From assembly GCF_003334385.1 (NCBI RefSeq), contig NZ_QOWN01000004.1: a stretch of DNA of 64,000 bases; one strand, written 5' to 3'. The notes beneath the pieces are model-generated. The model was given only the letters and a program-made list of their open reading frames with translations. It was not told the origin of the DNA and searched no databases. This document shows, piece after piece, positions 26,233-39,329 of the stretch (the stretch's first letter is position 1; every line of letters begins with the position of its first letter). A program made the translations under genes and the position numbers. Origin of the DNA: Escherichia coli. Lineage in GTDB: Bacteria > Pseudomonadota > Gammaproteobacteria > Enterobacterales > Enterobacteriaceae.

Positions 26233-26562
26233 TTATTTACGGTACAAAATGGCTTGTGAATACCACTGTCCTGTCACGATGGTTTCGTCCACCATGACGA
26301 CAACGTAATAATCAGCTTTTGCAGCGACAGCTTTCGCTTTGATTTCTGCTAATGCGTCATCCGGAGAACCCCGAACCATCGTGCTTACGCTACCTATTCG
26401 CTGTAACCCTTGCGTCTGGTCGCGGCGAATCTCTTGCGGATGGTCCGTTACTGGCGGTGCTGGCTGTGGCGTACCTTGCAGTGCGCTACAGGCACTTAAC
26501 ATCAACACCAATAATAAACTGGCAAACCGGTAAATAACGCTATTACGTTTCCTGCTAACCAT
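26233..26562 (-). CDS. bsmA: biofilm peroxide-resistance lipoprotein BsmA (YjfO)
   Basis: ORF track 26233..26661; start trimmed to MVSRKRNSVIYRF..., 109 aa; lipobox LSAC. Confidence 0.85.
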   Translation of the reverse strand: MVSRKRNSVIYRFASLLLVLMLSACSALQGTPQPAPPVTDHPQEIRRDQTQGLQRIGSVSTMVRGSPDDALAEIKAKAVAAKADYYVVVMVDETIVTGQWYSQAILYRK

Positions 26563-26743
26563 AGTGTAGTGCCTTATTAATTTAACTTTGGGGGAATGTT
26601 CCCGAATTGTTACCTGGTACGCGATTTTCGAATGAAAACGTGACGAAAGCGTAACCCACATCTCAACATTATGAACTAATACCGCCAGCAGAAACTTGTG
26701 CTAAGGATTTCTTCATGTCATACCAGACAAAAAGGAGAGACAG

Positions 26744-27493
26744 ATGATTGAAATAGAATCACGCGAGCTGGCAGATATTCCCGTTCTTCATGCTTATCCT
26801 GTCGGACAAAAAGATACCCCGTTACCGTGCGCGATTTTTTATCACGGCTTTACTTCGTCCAGTCTGGTGTATAGCTATTTTGCCGTTGCGCTGGCGCAGG
26901 CTGGTTTGCGGGTGATCATGCCGGATGCGCCCGATCACGGTAGTCGTTTTAGTGGCGACGCAGCGCGGCGGTTAAATCAATTCTGGCAAATCTTGCTACA
27001 AAGTATGCAGGAATTCACTACTTTACGTGCGGCAATAGCCGAAGAAAAGTGGCTGCTTGATGACCGTCTGGCAGTCGGTGGTGCGTCGATGGGCGCGATG
27101 ACGGCACTGGGGATTACCGCTCGCCACCCCACGGTGAGATGTACCGCCAGCATGATGGGATCGGGCTATTTTACATCGCTCGCCCGTTCACTGTTTCCAC
27201 CGCTGATACCTGAAACGGCAGCACAACAGAATGAATTCAATAACATTGTCGCGCCGCTGGCTGAGTGGGAAGCGACAAACCACCTGGAACAACTTGGTGA
27301 CAGACCTCTACTGCTGTGGCATGGCCTCGACGATGACGTTGTGCCTGCCGATGAATCACTACGTTTGCAGCAGGCCTTAAGCGAGACGGGACGGGATAAA
27401 CTGCTAACCTGTTCATGGCAGCCAGGCGTGCGTCACCGCATTACGCCTGAGGCGTTAGATGCTGCAGTGACATTTTTCCGCCAGCATCTTTAA
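26744..27493 (+). CDS. yjfP: alpha/beta-hydrolase esterase YjfP
   Basis: ORF track; 249 aa; GGASMG nucleophile elbow. Confidence 0.88.
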
Positions 27494-28245
27494 ACACGCA
27501 GAATGCTGACCCCTTGCGCTTCCAGTTGTTGCAGGATTTCCGGGTTAGCATTTTTGCCGGTGATCAGCATATCAATTTGATCGGCACGGCTAAAAAGCAT
27601 TCCCGCGCGTTCGCCAATCTTACTGCTATCAACCAGTACCACCAGTTTCCCTACCACGCTCAGCATCTTCTGCTCTGCCATTGCCGTCAGCATATCGGTT
27701 TTATACAACCCTTCTGCTGTCAGTCCTTTGCCGCTGGTAAACATCCAGTGCCCGGCATAGAGACTGTTTTCGCTGCCCTGCGGGCTTAAAGTGATGGACT
27801 GACTTTTGTTGTACTGTCCGCCCATAATGATCACGCTGTCATGTTCTTGATCGATCAGGTAATTTGCCAGCGGTAGATAATTAGTGATGATTTGCACTGG
27901 CTTGCCACACATTTCCCGCCCAAGCAGAAACGCGGTGGAGCCGCAGTTGATGACTACGCTTTCGCCCGGATTAACCAGCTGCGAGGCCGCTTTAGCGATA
28001 CGTACTTTTTCATCGTGATTCTGCGCCTGATGCAGATTCATCGGCGTCCAGCGCGGGCGCTGTTGGGTAATAGCTTCTGCGCCATTGCGCACTTTTTTCA
28101 GTTTGCCGCTTTCGTCAAGTTTATTGATATCGCGTCGCGCAGTGGCAGGCGAAATTCCCAGACGCTCAACGACTTTCTCAACGGTCACAAAGCCCAATTG
28201 TGCGAGCATTTCCAGGAGGATTTGATGTCTTTGTGCTTCAGTCAT
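27490..28245 (-). CDS. ulaR: DeoR-family transcriptional repressor of the ula regulon
   Basis: ORF track; 251 aa; N-terminal HTH. Confidence 0.92.
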
Positions 28246-28352
28246 GAGCTATTCCGATAAAATTTGATTTTTTTAGATGATATTTGAAATAGCCAGGAAA
28301 TACTACGCCGGATAGCGCGAACTACTCCACGCTATCCGGTATAAACGACAGA

Positions 28353-29417
28353 TTACAGGAATGACTTGAACGGCAGATCCGGTTCAATAGTGAAGCAATC
28401 ATCGAAACCACGCGGATAGTGGTACTCGAAGTTGTCTTTATCCAACGGCCAGGTAAATTTGCCGCCAACCTGCCAGATAAACGGCTTGAAGCCATACTTC
28501 AGGCGATCTTTTTTCATCTCCCACAGCACGCGGATCTCTTGCGGATCGGCCTGGAAGTTTGACCAGATATCGTGGTGGAACGGGATAACCACTTTCGCAT
28601 TCAGGGCTTCACCCATACGCAGCATATCGGCGCTGGTCATTTTGTCGGTGATACCGCGCGGGTTTTCGCCGTATGAACCTAAAGCCACGTCGATCTGATG
28701 TTCGTTACCGTGCTTCGCATAATAGTTAGAGTAGTGGGAGTCGCCGCTGTGATACAGGGAGCCGCCAGGCGTTTTGAACAGATAGTTCACCGCGCGATCG
28801 TCCATGCCGTCCGGCAGTACGCCAGCCGCTTTTTGATCGGCAGGCAGGGTGATCAGTGCAGTACGGTCGAAAGCGTCAAGCGCATGAATTTCAATGTCTT
28901 TCACTTTTACAACATCGCCCGGTTTGACCACGATGCAACGCTCTTTCGGTACGCCCCAGCCAATCCACAAATCCACACAGGTTTTCGGTCCAATGAACGG
29001 TACGTCATCAGCACAGTTCTGCATCACAGCAGCAGCGACGTTGACGTCGATATGATCGTTGTGATCGTGAGTCGCCAGTACCGCGTCGACCTGGCGAATC
29101 GCAAACGGATCAAGAACAAACGGGGTGGTGCGCAGGTTTGGCTGCAGTTTTTTCACGCCAGCCATGCGCTGCATTTGGTGACCCTGTTTCATTAACGGGT
29201 TACCGTGACTTTGTTTGCCAGTGCCGCACCAGAAATCAACGCAAACGTTGGTGCCACCTTCCGATTTTAACCAGATCCCGGTGCAGCCAAGCCACCACAT
29301 CGCAAATGTGCCAGGAGCGACCTGTTCTTGTTCAATTTCTTCATTCAACCAGCTACCCCACTCCGGGAAAGTGCTCAGGATCCAGGATTCACGGGTGATA
29401 CTTTTCACTTTACTCAT
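28353..29417 (-). CDS. ulaG: L-ascorbate-6-phosphate lactonase (metallo-beta-lactamase fold)
   Basis: ORF track 28353..29423; start trimmed to [11 protein letters not shown]..., 354 aa; HxHxDH motif ATHDHNDH. Confidence 0.92.
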   Translation of the reverse strand: MSKVKSITRESWILSTFPEWGSWLNEEIEQEQVAPGTFAMWWLGCTGIWLKSEGGTNVCVDFWCGTGKQSHGNPLMKQGHQMQRMAGVKKLQPNLRTTPFVLDPFAIRQVDAVLATHDHNDHIDVNVAAAVMQNCADDVPFIGPKTCVDLWIGWGVPKERCIVVKPGDVVKVKDIEIHALDAFDRTALITLPADQKAAGVLPDGMDDRAVNYLFKTPGGSLYHSGDSHYSNYYAKHGNEHQIDVALGSYGENPRGITDKMTSADMLRMGEALNAKVVIPFHHDIWSNFQADPQEIRVLWEMKKDRLKYGFKPFIWQVGGKFTWPLDKDNFEYHYPRGFDDCFTIEPDLPFKSFL

Positions 29418-31169
<1,752 letters not shown>

Positions 31170-31184
31170 TAAGGAGTTTTGATT

Positions 31185-31490
31185 ATGACCGTACGTATTC
31201 TGGCTGTGTGTGGCAACGGACAAGGCAGTTCCATGATCATGAAGATGAAAGTGGACCAGTTTTTAACCCAATCAAACATTGACCACACGGTAAACAGCTG
31301 CGCGGTTGGCGAATACAAAAGCGAGTTGAGCGGCGCGGATATCATCATCGCTTCTACGCACATTGCGGGCGAAATCACCGTGACCGGCAACAAATACGTG
31401 GTTGGTGTGCGCAACATGCTCTCTCCTGCCGACTTTGGCCCGAAACTGCTGGAAGTGATCAAAGAGCATTTCCCGCAGGATGTGAAGTAA
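31185..31490 (+). CDS. ulaB: ascorbate-specific PTS EIIB component
   Basis: ORF track 31179..31490; start trimmed to [16 protein letters not shown], 101 aa. Confidence 0.92.
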
Positions 31491-31499
31491 GGACGCGCC

Positions 31500-31964
31500 A
31501 TGAAATTACGTGATTCGCTGGCGGAGAATAAATCCATCCGCCTGCAGGCTGAAGCTGAGACATGGCAGGACGCAGTAAAAATCGGCGTTGACCTGCTGGT
31601 GGCGGCGGATGTTGTCGAGCCGCGTTACTACCAGGCGATTCTGGATGCGGTTGAACAGCACGGTCCGTACTTTGTGCTCGCACCAGGCCTGGCAATGCCG
31701 CACGGTCGCCCGGAAGAGGGCGTTAAGAAAACCGGTTTTGCGCTGGTGACGCTGAAAAAGCCTCTGGAGTTCAACCACGAAGATAACGACCCGGTGGATA
31801 TCCTCATCACCATGGCGGCGGTCGATGCCAACACGCACCAGGAAGTGGGCATCATGCAGATCGTCAACCTGTTTGAAGATGAAGAAAATTTCGACCGTTT
31901 ACGTGCCTGCCGTACCGAGCAGGAAGTACTGGATCTCATTGACCGCACCAACGCGGCAGCTTAA
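31500..31964 (+). CDS. ulaC: ascorbate-specific PTS EIIA component
   Basis: ORF track; 154 aa. Confidence 0.92.
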   Translation: MKLRDSLAENKSIRLQAEAETWQDAVKIGVDLLVAADVVEPRYYQAILDAVEQHGPYFVLAPGLAMPHGRPEEGVKKTGFALVTLKKPLEFNHEDNDPVDILITMAAVDANTHQEVGIMQIVNLFEDEENFDRLRACRTEQEVLDLIDRTNAAA

Positions 31965-31977
31965 GAAGGAATTGAAG

Positions 31978-32628
31978 ATGTCATTACCGATGTTACAAGT
32001 CGCGCTGGACAACCAGACTATGGATAGCGCCTACGAAACCACTCGCCTGATTGCCGAAGAAGTCGACATTATCGAAGTGGGTACCATTCTGTGCGTGGGC
32101 GAAGGCGTGCGTGCGGTTCGCGATCTGAAAGCGCTTTACCCGCACAAAATCGTACTGGCAGACGCCAAAATTGCCGATGCGGGCAAAATCCTCTCTCGTA
32201 TGTGCTTCGAAGCCAACGCTGACTGGGTGACGGTAATTTGCTGTGCGGATATCAACACCGCCAAAGGCGCGCTGGACGTAGCAAAAGAGTTTAACGGCGA
32301 CGTGCAGATCGAACTGACCGGCTACTGGACCTGGGAACAGGCGCAGCAGTGGCGTGACGCAGGCATTCAGCAGGTGGTTTATCACCGCAGCCGTGACGCG
32401 CAGGCCGCAGGCGTAGCGTGGGGCGAAGCGGACATTACCGCGATCAACCGTCTTTCCGATATGGGCTTCAAAGTCACCGTCACCGGTGGCCTGGCGCTGG
32501 AAGATCTGCCGCTGTTCAAAGGTATTCCGATTCATGTGTTTATCGCTGGTCGCAGCATCCGTGATGCCGCTTCTCCGGTTGAAGCTGCACGTCAGTTCAA
32601 ACGTTCCATCGCCGAACTGTGGGGCTAA
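31978..32628 (+). CDS. ulaD: 3-keto-L-gulonate-6-phosphate decarboxylase
   Basis: ORF track 31825..32628; start trimmed to [12 protein letters not shown]..., 216 aa. Confidence 0.92.
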   Translation: MSLPMLQVALDNQTMDSAYETTRLIAEEVDIIEVGTILCVGEGVRAVRDLKALYPHKIVLADAKIADAGKILSRMCFEANADWVTVICCADINTAKGALDVAKEFNGDVQIELTGYWTWEQAQQWRDAGIQQVVYHRSRDAQAAGVAWGEADITAINRLSDMGFKVTVTGGLALEDLPLFKGIPIHVFIAGRSIRDAASPVEAARQFKRSIAELWG

Positions 32629-32637
32629 GGAGCGGAT

Positions 32638-33492
32638 ATGTTGTCCAAACAAATCCCGCTTGGCATCTATGAAAAAGCGCTCCCCGCCGGGGAGTGCTGG
32701 CTGGAACGCCTGCAACTGGCAAAAACGTTGGGCTTCGATTTTGTCGAGATGTCGGTAGATGAAACGGACGAGCGCCTGTCGCGCCTCGACTGGAGCCGCG
32801 AGCAGCGTCTGGCGCTGGTGAACGCGATTGTTGAAACCGGCGTGCGCGTGCCGTCCATGTGCCTTTCTGCTCATCGTCGTTTCCCGCTGGGCAGTGAAGA
32901 TGACGCGGTGCGGGCGCAGGGGCTGGAGATTATGCGTAAAGCTATCCAGTTCGCCCAGGATGTCGGTATTCGCGTGATCCAACTGGCGGGCTATGACGTT
33001 TACTATCAGGAAGCCAATAACGAAACGCGTCGTCGTTTCCGTGACGGCCTGAAAGAGAGCGTTGAGATGGCAAGCCGCGCGCAGGTGACGCTGGCGATGG
33101 AGATCATGGATTACCCATTGATGAACTCCATCAGCAAGGCGCTGGGCTACGCGCACTATCTCAACAACCCGTGGTTCCAGCTCTACCCGGATATCGGCAA
33201 CCTCTCGGCGTGGGACAACGACGTGCAGATGGAGTTGCAGGCCGGAATCGGGCATATCGTCGCGGTACATGTGAAAGACACCAAACCGGGCGTCTTCAAA
33301 AACGTGCCGTTTGGCGAAGGCGTGGTGGATTTCGAACGTTGTTTCGAAACGCTCAAACAGAGTGGCTATTGCGGGCCGTACCTGATTGAGATGTGGAGCG
33401 AAACGGCGGAAGACCCGGCGGCAGAAGTGGCGAAAGCGCGTGATTGGGTGAAAGCGCGCATGGCGAAAGCGGGCATGGTGGAGGCGGCATAA
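32638..33492 (+). CDS. ulaE: L-ribulose-5-phosphate 3-epimerase
   Basis: ORF track; 284 aa TIM-barrel epimerase. Confidence 0.92.
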   Translation: MLSKQIPLGIYEKALPAGECWLERLQLAKTLGFDFVEMSVDETDERLSRLDWSREQRLALVNAIVETGVRVPSMCLSAHRRFPLGSEDDAVRAQGLEIMRKAIQFAQDVGIRVIQLAGYDVYYQEANNETRRRFRDGLKESVEMASRAQVTLAMEIMDYPLMNSISKALGYAHYLNNPWFQLYPDIGNLSAWDNDVQMELQAGIGHIVAVHVKDTKPGVFKNVPFGEGVVDFERCFETLKQSGYCGPYLIEMWSETAEDPAAEVAKARDWVKARMAKAGMVEAA

Positions 33493-34178
33493 TGCAAAAG
33501 CTAAAACAGCAGGTATTTGAAGCCAACATGGAGCTGCCGCGCTACGGGCTGGTGACCTTTACCTGGGGCAACGTCAGCGCTATCGACCGCGAACGCGGGC
33601 TGGTGGTGATCAAGCCCAGCGGCGTTGCCTACGAAACCATGAAAGCGGCCGATATGGTGGTGGTTGATATGAGCGGCAAGGTGGTGGAAGGGGAGTATCG
33701 CCCATCTTCCGACACCGCGACGCATCTCGAACTCTACCGTCGTTACCCGTCGCTTGGCGGCATTGTCCATACCCACTCCACTCATGCCACCGCATGGGCG
33801 CAGGCGGGGCTGGCGATCCCGGCGTTAGGCACCACGCACGCTGACTACTTCTTTGGTGATATCCCGTGCACGCGCGGATTAAGCGAAGAAGAGGTGCAGG
33901 GTGAGTACGAACTGAACACTGGCAAAGTGATTATCGAAACGCTGGGCAACGCCGAGCCGCTGCATACGCCGGGAATTGTGGTGTATCAGCACGGACCGTT
34001 CGCCTGGGGGAAAGATGCCCACGACGCGGTGCATAACGCGGTAGTGATGGAAGAAGTGGCGAAAATGGCGTGGATTGCGCGCAGTATTAATCCACAACTC
34101 AATCACATCGACAGCTTCCTGATGAATAAACACTTCATGCGTAAACACGGTCCTAACGCTTATTACGGGCAGAAGTAG
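33492..34178 (+). CDS. ulaF: L-ribulose-5-phosphate 4-epimerase
   Basis: ORF track 33444..34178; start trimmed to [12 protein letters not shown]..., 228 aa; start overlaps ulaE stop by 1 nt. Confidence 0.92.
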   Translation: MQKLKQQVFEANMELPRYGLVTFTWGNVSAIDRERGLVVIKPSGVAYETMKAADMVVVDMSGKVVEGEYRPSSDTATHLELYRRYPSLGGIVHTHSTHATAWAQAGLAIPALGTTHADYFFGDIPCTRGLSEEEVQGEYELNTGKVIIETLGNAEPLHTPGIVVYQHGPFAWGKDAHDAVHNAVVMEEVAKMAWIARSINPQLNHIDSFLMNKHFMRKHGPNAYYGQK

Positions 34179-34240
34179 AACACGCGCTGCGGAAATTTCC
34201 TTCCTCGGGAGATAACTGGTCTAATTCCGCAGCCGTTTTT

Positions 34241-34267
34241 CAAAAAAAGCCCCCTGAGAAGGGGGCA
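34241..34267 (-). terminator. intrinsic terminator for yjfY (stem gccccct/agggggc, T7 run on minus strand)
   Basis: hairpin read in sequence with A7 on plus strand immediately 5' of it, i.e. a T-run 3' of the hairpin on the minus strand. Confidence 0.7.
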
Positions 34268-34306
34268 AAGCAAACTATGGCAATGTTTCTTTGGTTATAC
34301 CTGGTG

Positions 34307-34582
34307 CTAGCGATAAATATCCGCGCTGGCGTGCATATTGCCGTTACTCCCCGGTTCCCGCATCAGAATCACGTGGTAGTACGTTGCGCCCTGCGCATCT
34401 GTCTCTTCATTTAATGCCTGACGCGCTTCGCTTTCAGTGGCGAAATTATGATTGATATAAATCACGCCTAAGCTTTGCACATCGTCCATATTTCTGGCCT
34501 GGTGGTTATTAATTTCAATGGCTGCCCATGTATTTGCACTTAGCAAAAGCACAGCCAGAAGGGCTAAAACACGGCTGAACAT
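34307..34582 (-). CDS. yjfY: DUF1471 (YhcN/BhsA-like) periplasmic protein YjfY
   Basis: ORF track; 91 aa with signal peptide. Confidence 0.85.
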   Translation of the reverse strand: MFSRVLALLAVLLLSANTWAAIEINNHQARNMDDVQSLGVIYINHNFATESEARQALNEETDAQGATYYHVILMREPGSNGNMHASADIYR

Positions 34583-34782
34583 AGATACCTCCTCGACGGC
34601 TGTTTTTGTGTGCTCTCCTCATGTGGTGATGGTCTGATTTAATTTTAATCACGGATGAAAAAGTTGATGGCGACCATTTCTGATGCAGTTGTTCAAAAAA
34701 ACAGCATGATGAGGTGTGATGAACTTCAAATCAGCGGCTTAGTGGTTATTTGCGAAAGGGGAGATTTATTTCTGCTCTGCCC

Positions 34783-34811
34783 TTGAGTTTAGCAAGGTAT
34801 GTCAGTACTAT
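34783..34811 (+). promoter_or_regulatory. candidate rpsF operon promoter (-35 TTGAGT, 17-bp spacer, -10 TACTAT)
   Basis: hexamers read in sequence about 100 bp upstream of rpsF. Confidence 0.5.
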
Positions 34812-34825
34812 AACGCGTCATTTTT

Positions 34826-34869
34826 CAGCCGACCTTTAACACGTTCCTTGCCTCCCCGGGATTCGGCTG
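34826..34869 (+). promoter_or_regulatory. structured rpsF 5' leader (stem cagccga ... tcggctg), candidate S6:S18 autoregulatory element
   Basis: 7-bp complementary arms 30 nt apart in the 5' UTR; autoregulation of this operon by S6:S18 recalled from the literature. Confidence 0.4.
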
Positions 34870-34891
34870 ACCCAGACAGGAGGCTGAATAA

Positions 34892-35305
<414 letters not shown>

Positions 35306-35311
35306 TTTCTG

Positions 35312-35858
<547 letters not shown>

Positions 35859-35887
35859 TCGGTCACGGTCCATTAATACGACTTTGA

Positions 35888-36349
<462 letters not shown>

Positions 36350-36369
36350 TTCGTTATTCAACGAGACGT

Positions 36370-36404
36370 AAAAACGCCGACCATTGGTCGGCGTTTTGCT
36401 TTTG
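36370..36404. terminator. bidirectional intrinsic terminator between rplI and the accessory operon (stem acgccgacc/ggtcggcgt; T-runs on both strands)
   Basis: 9-bp GC-rich stem flanked by AAAAA upstream and TTTTGCTTTTG downstream. Confidence 0.8.
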
Positions 36405-36460
36405 TAGCGAGCACTTGCAGATATCGATAAGGGCCACAATAAGCAGCCCTACGAAGATAA

Positions 36461-37432
36461 TTACTTAGCTGCCTGAATATCAGCCAGCATTGGGGCAAGG
36501 GCTGGGTTGTCCTTAGCGAAGTTTGCGTACATTGGCTGTACTTTCTCGATAAACGGAGCTTTATCTACCTGGTAGACTTTCACGCCCATTTTATCCAGTT
36601 TTGCAAATTCTTGTTTCTCTTCCTCGCTCCACAAGTCTTTCATGTAGCTCATTGATTCTTTAGCTGCTTTTAATATAACTGCCTGATTTTCCTGGCTAAG
36701 TTTATCAAACGCAGCATTGCTCATCAGAACCACATCGGGAACCATAGTGTGTTCGTCAAGGCTGAAGGATTTTGCCACTTCACCGTGACGCATGGTAGTC
36801 AGCGCCATCACGCTGTTTTCTGCCATATCGACCACACCCTGCTGTAAGGCTGTATACAACTCGCCGTAATCCAGTGGCGTCGGGTTACCGCCCATGACTT
36901 TGATCATTTCAACTGCGCCAGGGCTTGGCTGGACACGGACTTTCATGCCTTTCAGATCGTCTGGTTTCAGTACTGGTTTATTGCCATAGAAACTGCGGGC
37001 GCCTCCATCATAAAAAGTCAGCCCGAAATAACCTTTGCTTTTCGTTGAGTCGAGGATTTTTCTCCCGATATCGCCCTGCATGACCTGATAATAATGATCA
37101 CGATCGCGGAACAAATAAGGCAGGCTAAATAATTTATAGGAATTTTCAAATGCTTCCATTTCTGCCGCATTGGTTTTTACCAGGGGAATAGCGCCAGAAC
37201 GAATCAGCTCCATTGTTTCTCGTTGAGTACCCAATGTTCCATTTGGATAAATACGAATAGTAATATCACCGTTAGAGTACTCTTTGCTCTTTTTCGCAAA
37301 GAACTCCATCGCTTTATGAACAGGATGAGACTTATCCTGATTATGACTCAGTTTTAATGTCACTGCCCAGGACTGGCTTGCGGATAACATAAGAACAGCA
37401 CCGATAATGCCAGCGGATACTTTTATTTTCAT
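36461..37432 (-). CDS. TRAP transporter substrate-binding protein (DctP family), signal peptide present
   Basis: ORF track; 323 aa; N-terminal signal peptide MKIKVSAGIIGAVLMLSASQSWA; DctP-like periplasmic solute receptor; AAGGA SD 8 nt upstream. Confidence 0.85.
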   Translation of the reverse strand: MKIKVSAGIIGAVLMLSASQSWAVTLKLSHNQDKSHPVHKAMEFFAKKSKEYSNGDITIRIYPNGTLGTQRETMELIRSGAIPLVKTNAAEMEAFENSYKLFSLPYLFRDRDHYYQVMQGDIGRKILDSTKSKGYFGLTFYDGGARSFYGNKPVLKPDDLKGMKVRVQPSPGAVEMIKVMGGNPTPLDYGELYTALQQGVVDMAENSVMALTTMRHGEVAKSFSLDEHTMVPDVVLMSNAAFDKLSQENQAVILKAAKESMSYMKDLWSEEEKQEFAKLDKMGVKVYQVDKAPFIEKVQPMYANFAKDNPALAPMLADIQAAK

Positions 37433-37484
37433 AGATGTTCCTTTTCTAATAAATATGGCGGCAGGTGCCGCCAGTGAATGCGCA

Positions 37485-38786
37485 TCAGTAGCCCAGTGCT
37501 CTTGGCAATGCCATACTGATTTGCGGAATATAGGTCACCATTGCCAGCACCAATACCATCACGGCATAGAATGGCAGCATAGGTTTGATAATTTTATTAA
37601 TCGGTAATTTAGATACACTACAACCGACAAATAACACACTGCCTACAGGCGGAGTACAAATACCGATACACATGTTCAGTACCATGACAATACCAAAGTG
37701 AATCGGGTCCATGCCCAGTTCGGTGACAACCGGTAAAAATATCGGCGTAAAAATCAGTACCGCCGGTGTCATATCCATAAAAGTGCCGATAATCAACAGG
37801 ATAATATTGATAATAAGCAGGATTATTATTGGGTTGTCAGAAATAGTGTTAAGCAAATCGAGAATCAGGAAGGGAACGTCAGCGTTTGACATTGCCCATG
37901 ACATACCCATCGAAGAACCAATTAATAACAAGACAATTGCAGTGGTAATAACGGATTCCAGAAATATTTTAGGTAAATCTTTAACTGAGATTTCACGATA
38001 AAGAACCAGTGCAAGGAAAAGGGTATAAATTACTGCAATTGCGGAGGCCTCTGTCGGGGTAAAAATACCACTTAATACACCCCCCATAATTAAAATAATC
38101 AGGAAAATACTGGGGATAGCCATCCATATCGCAACGCCAGCCTGGCGTAAAGTCGGGCGTTCTGGCTTTGGATAACCGCGACGTACCGCGATAATACCGG
38201 CTATTACCATCAGTGCCAGACCCAGCAAAATTCCCGGAACATAACCCGCCAGGAACAGTGCGGCAATAGAAGTACCACCACTGACCAGTGAATAGACGAT
38301 TAACGTATTACTTGGTGGAATAAGCAAACCCGTCGGGGCAGAGGCAACGTTAACCGCAGTACTGAATGCCGGGTCGTAACCCTCTTTAACCTGTTGCGGA
38401 TGCATGACGCCGCCCATCGCAGCCGCCGAAGCCACGGCTGAACCAGAAATTGCCCCGAACAGCATATTGGCGAGAATATTACAGTGGGCAAGTGAGCCTG
38501 GCAGACGACCGCCGAGAATACGGGCAAAGTTGATTAATCGTCGCGCTATTCCTCCATGGTTCATAATGTTGCCAGACAAGATAAAAAATGGGATTGCCAA
38601 CAACGTAAAACTATCTAACCCGGAGGCTAACTTTTGGGAAACCACACTCAATGCTGAGTTGAAATCGAGTTGTGTGGAAATTGATGCCAGTGTCGATAAA
38701 CCAATGGCATAAACAATAGGTACACCTAATGCCAACATAAAAAAGAAGGCACCAAATAACACAATAATCGGTAACCAGTAATCCAT
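37485..38786 (-). CDS. TRAP transporter large permease (DctM family)
   Basis: ORF track; 433 aa highly hydrophobic polytopic protein; GGAG SD upstream. Confidence 0.85.
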   Translation of the reverse strand: MDYWLPIIVLFGAFFFMLALGVPIVYAIGLSTLASISTQLDFNSALSVVSQKLASGLDSFTLLAIPFFILSGNIMNHGGIARRLINFARILGGRLPGSLAHCNILANMLFGAISGSAVASAAAMGGVMHPQQVKEGYDPAFSTAVNVASAPTGLLIPPSNTLIVYSLVSGGTSIAALFLAGYVPGILLGLALMVIAGIIAVRRGYPKPERPTLRQAGVAIWMAIPSIFLIILIMGGVLSGIFTPTEASAIAVIYTLFLALVLYREISVKDLPKIFLESVITTAIVLLLIGSSMGMSWAMSNADVPFLILDLLNTISDNPIIILLIINIILLIIGTFMDMTPAVLIFTPIFLPVVTELGMDPIHFGIVMVLNMCIGICTPPVGSVLFVGCSVSKLPINKIIKPMLPFYAVMVLVLAMVTYIPQISMALPRALGY

Positions 38787-38828
38787 AATTTCTCCATTCC
38801 TACTATGGTTGGTTGTTGTTTGTTATCT

Positions 38829-39329
38829 TTAGAGTGGTTGTTTAAGTTCGGTTAAAACCATATCTATGGTGTATATAATAATAAGTACACCACTAATCGG
38901 GATGCTCATATAGATATATCCCATTTGCCAGCCTAAAGCGGGCGAGGTCTGACCTGAATCGAATGTATCCATCGTTAATAGCCCACCACCATATACCATA
39001 ATGATGGTTGCGAAGATAATAACGATAATCTGAATACACAAAAATAAATGACGTCGGGCTTTTCCTTTCAGCATCATAGGTAGCAGGTCAATCGCCAGAT
39101 GCCGGTTTTGCCCTGCGGTGTATGCCCCACCAAAAAGTCCAAGACAAATAAAGAGCAAACGGCTGAGTTCATCTGTAAAAATACTGGGACTAGTAAATAT
39201 AAATCGTGCAGCCACCTGCCACGTCACACATGCCACGATGATCGCCAAAATGGTAATGTTCAATGCTGCAAGCAGAGCATTAATAGATCTAATTATATTT
39301 CGCATAGTGATTAACCTTTGCAATATCAT
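38829..39329 (-). CDS. TRAP transporter small permease (DctQ family)
   Basis: ORF track; 166 aa, four hydrophobic helices; ATG overlaps stop of the upstream gene (ATGA); alternative start ATG at 39305. Confidence 0.7.
   Translation of the reverse strand: MILQRLITMRNIIRSINALLAALNITILAIIVACVTWQVAARFIFTSPSIFTDELSRLLFICLGLFGGAYTAGQNRHLAIDLLPMMLKGKARRHLFLCIQIIVIIFATIIMVYGGGLLTMDTFDSGQTSPALGWQMGYIYMSIPISGVLIIIYTIDMVLTELKQPL

Noticed and set aside
31825-31977. N-terminal extension of the ulaD ORF in the track
   Set aside because: The extension overlaps the ulaC coding region; the ATG at 31978 gives the recalled 216-aa UlaD.
31993-33270. 425-aa minus-strand ORF
   Set aside because: Antisense to ulaD and ulaE; no independent support.
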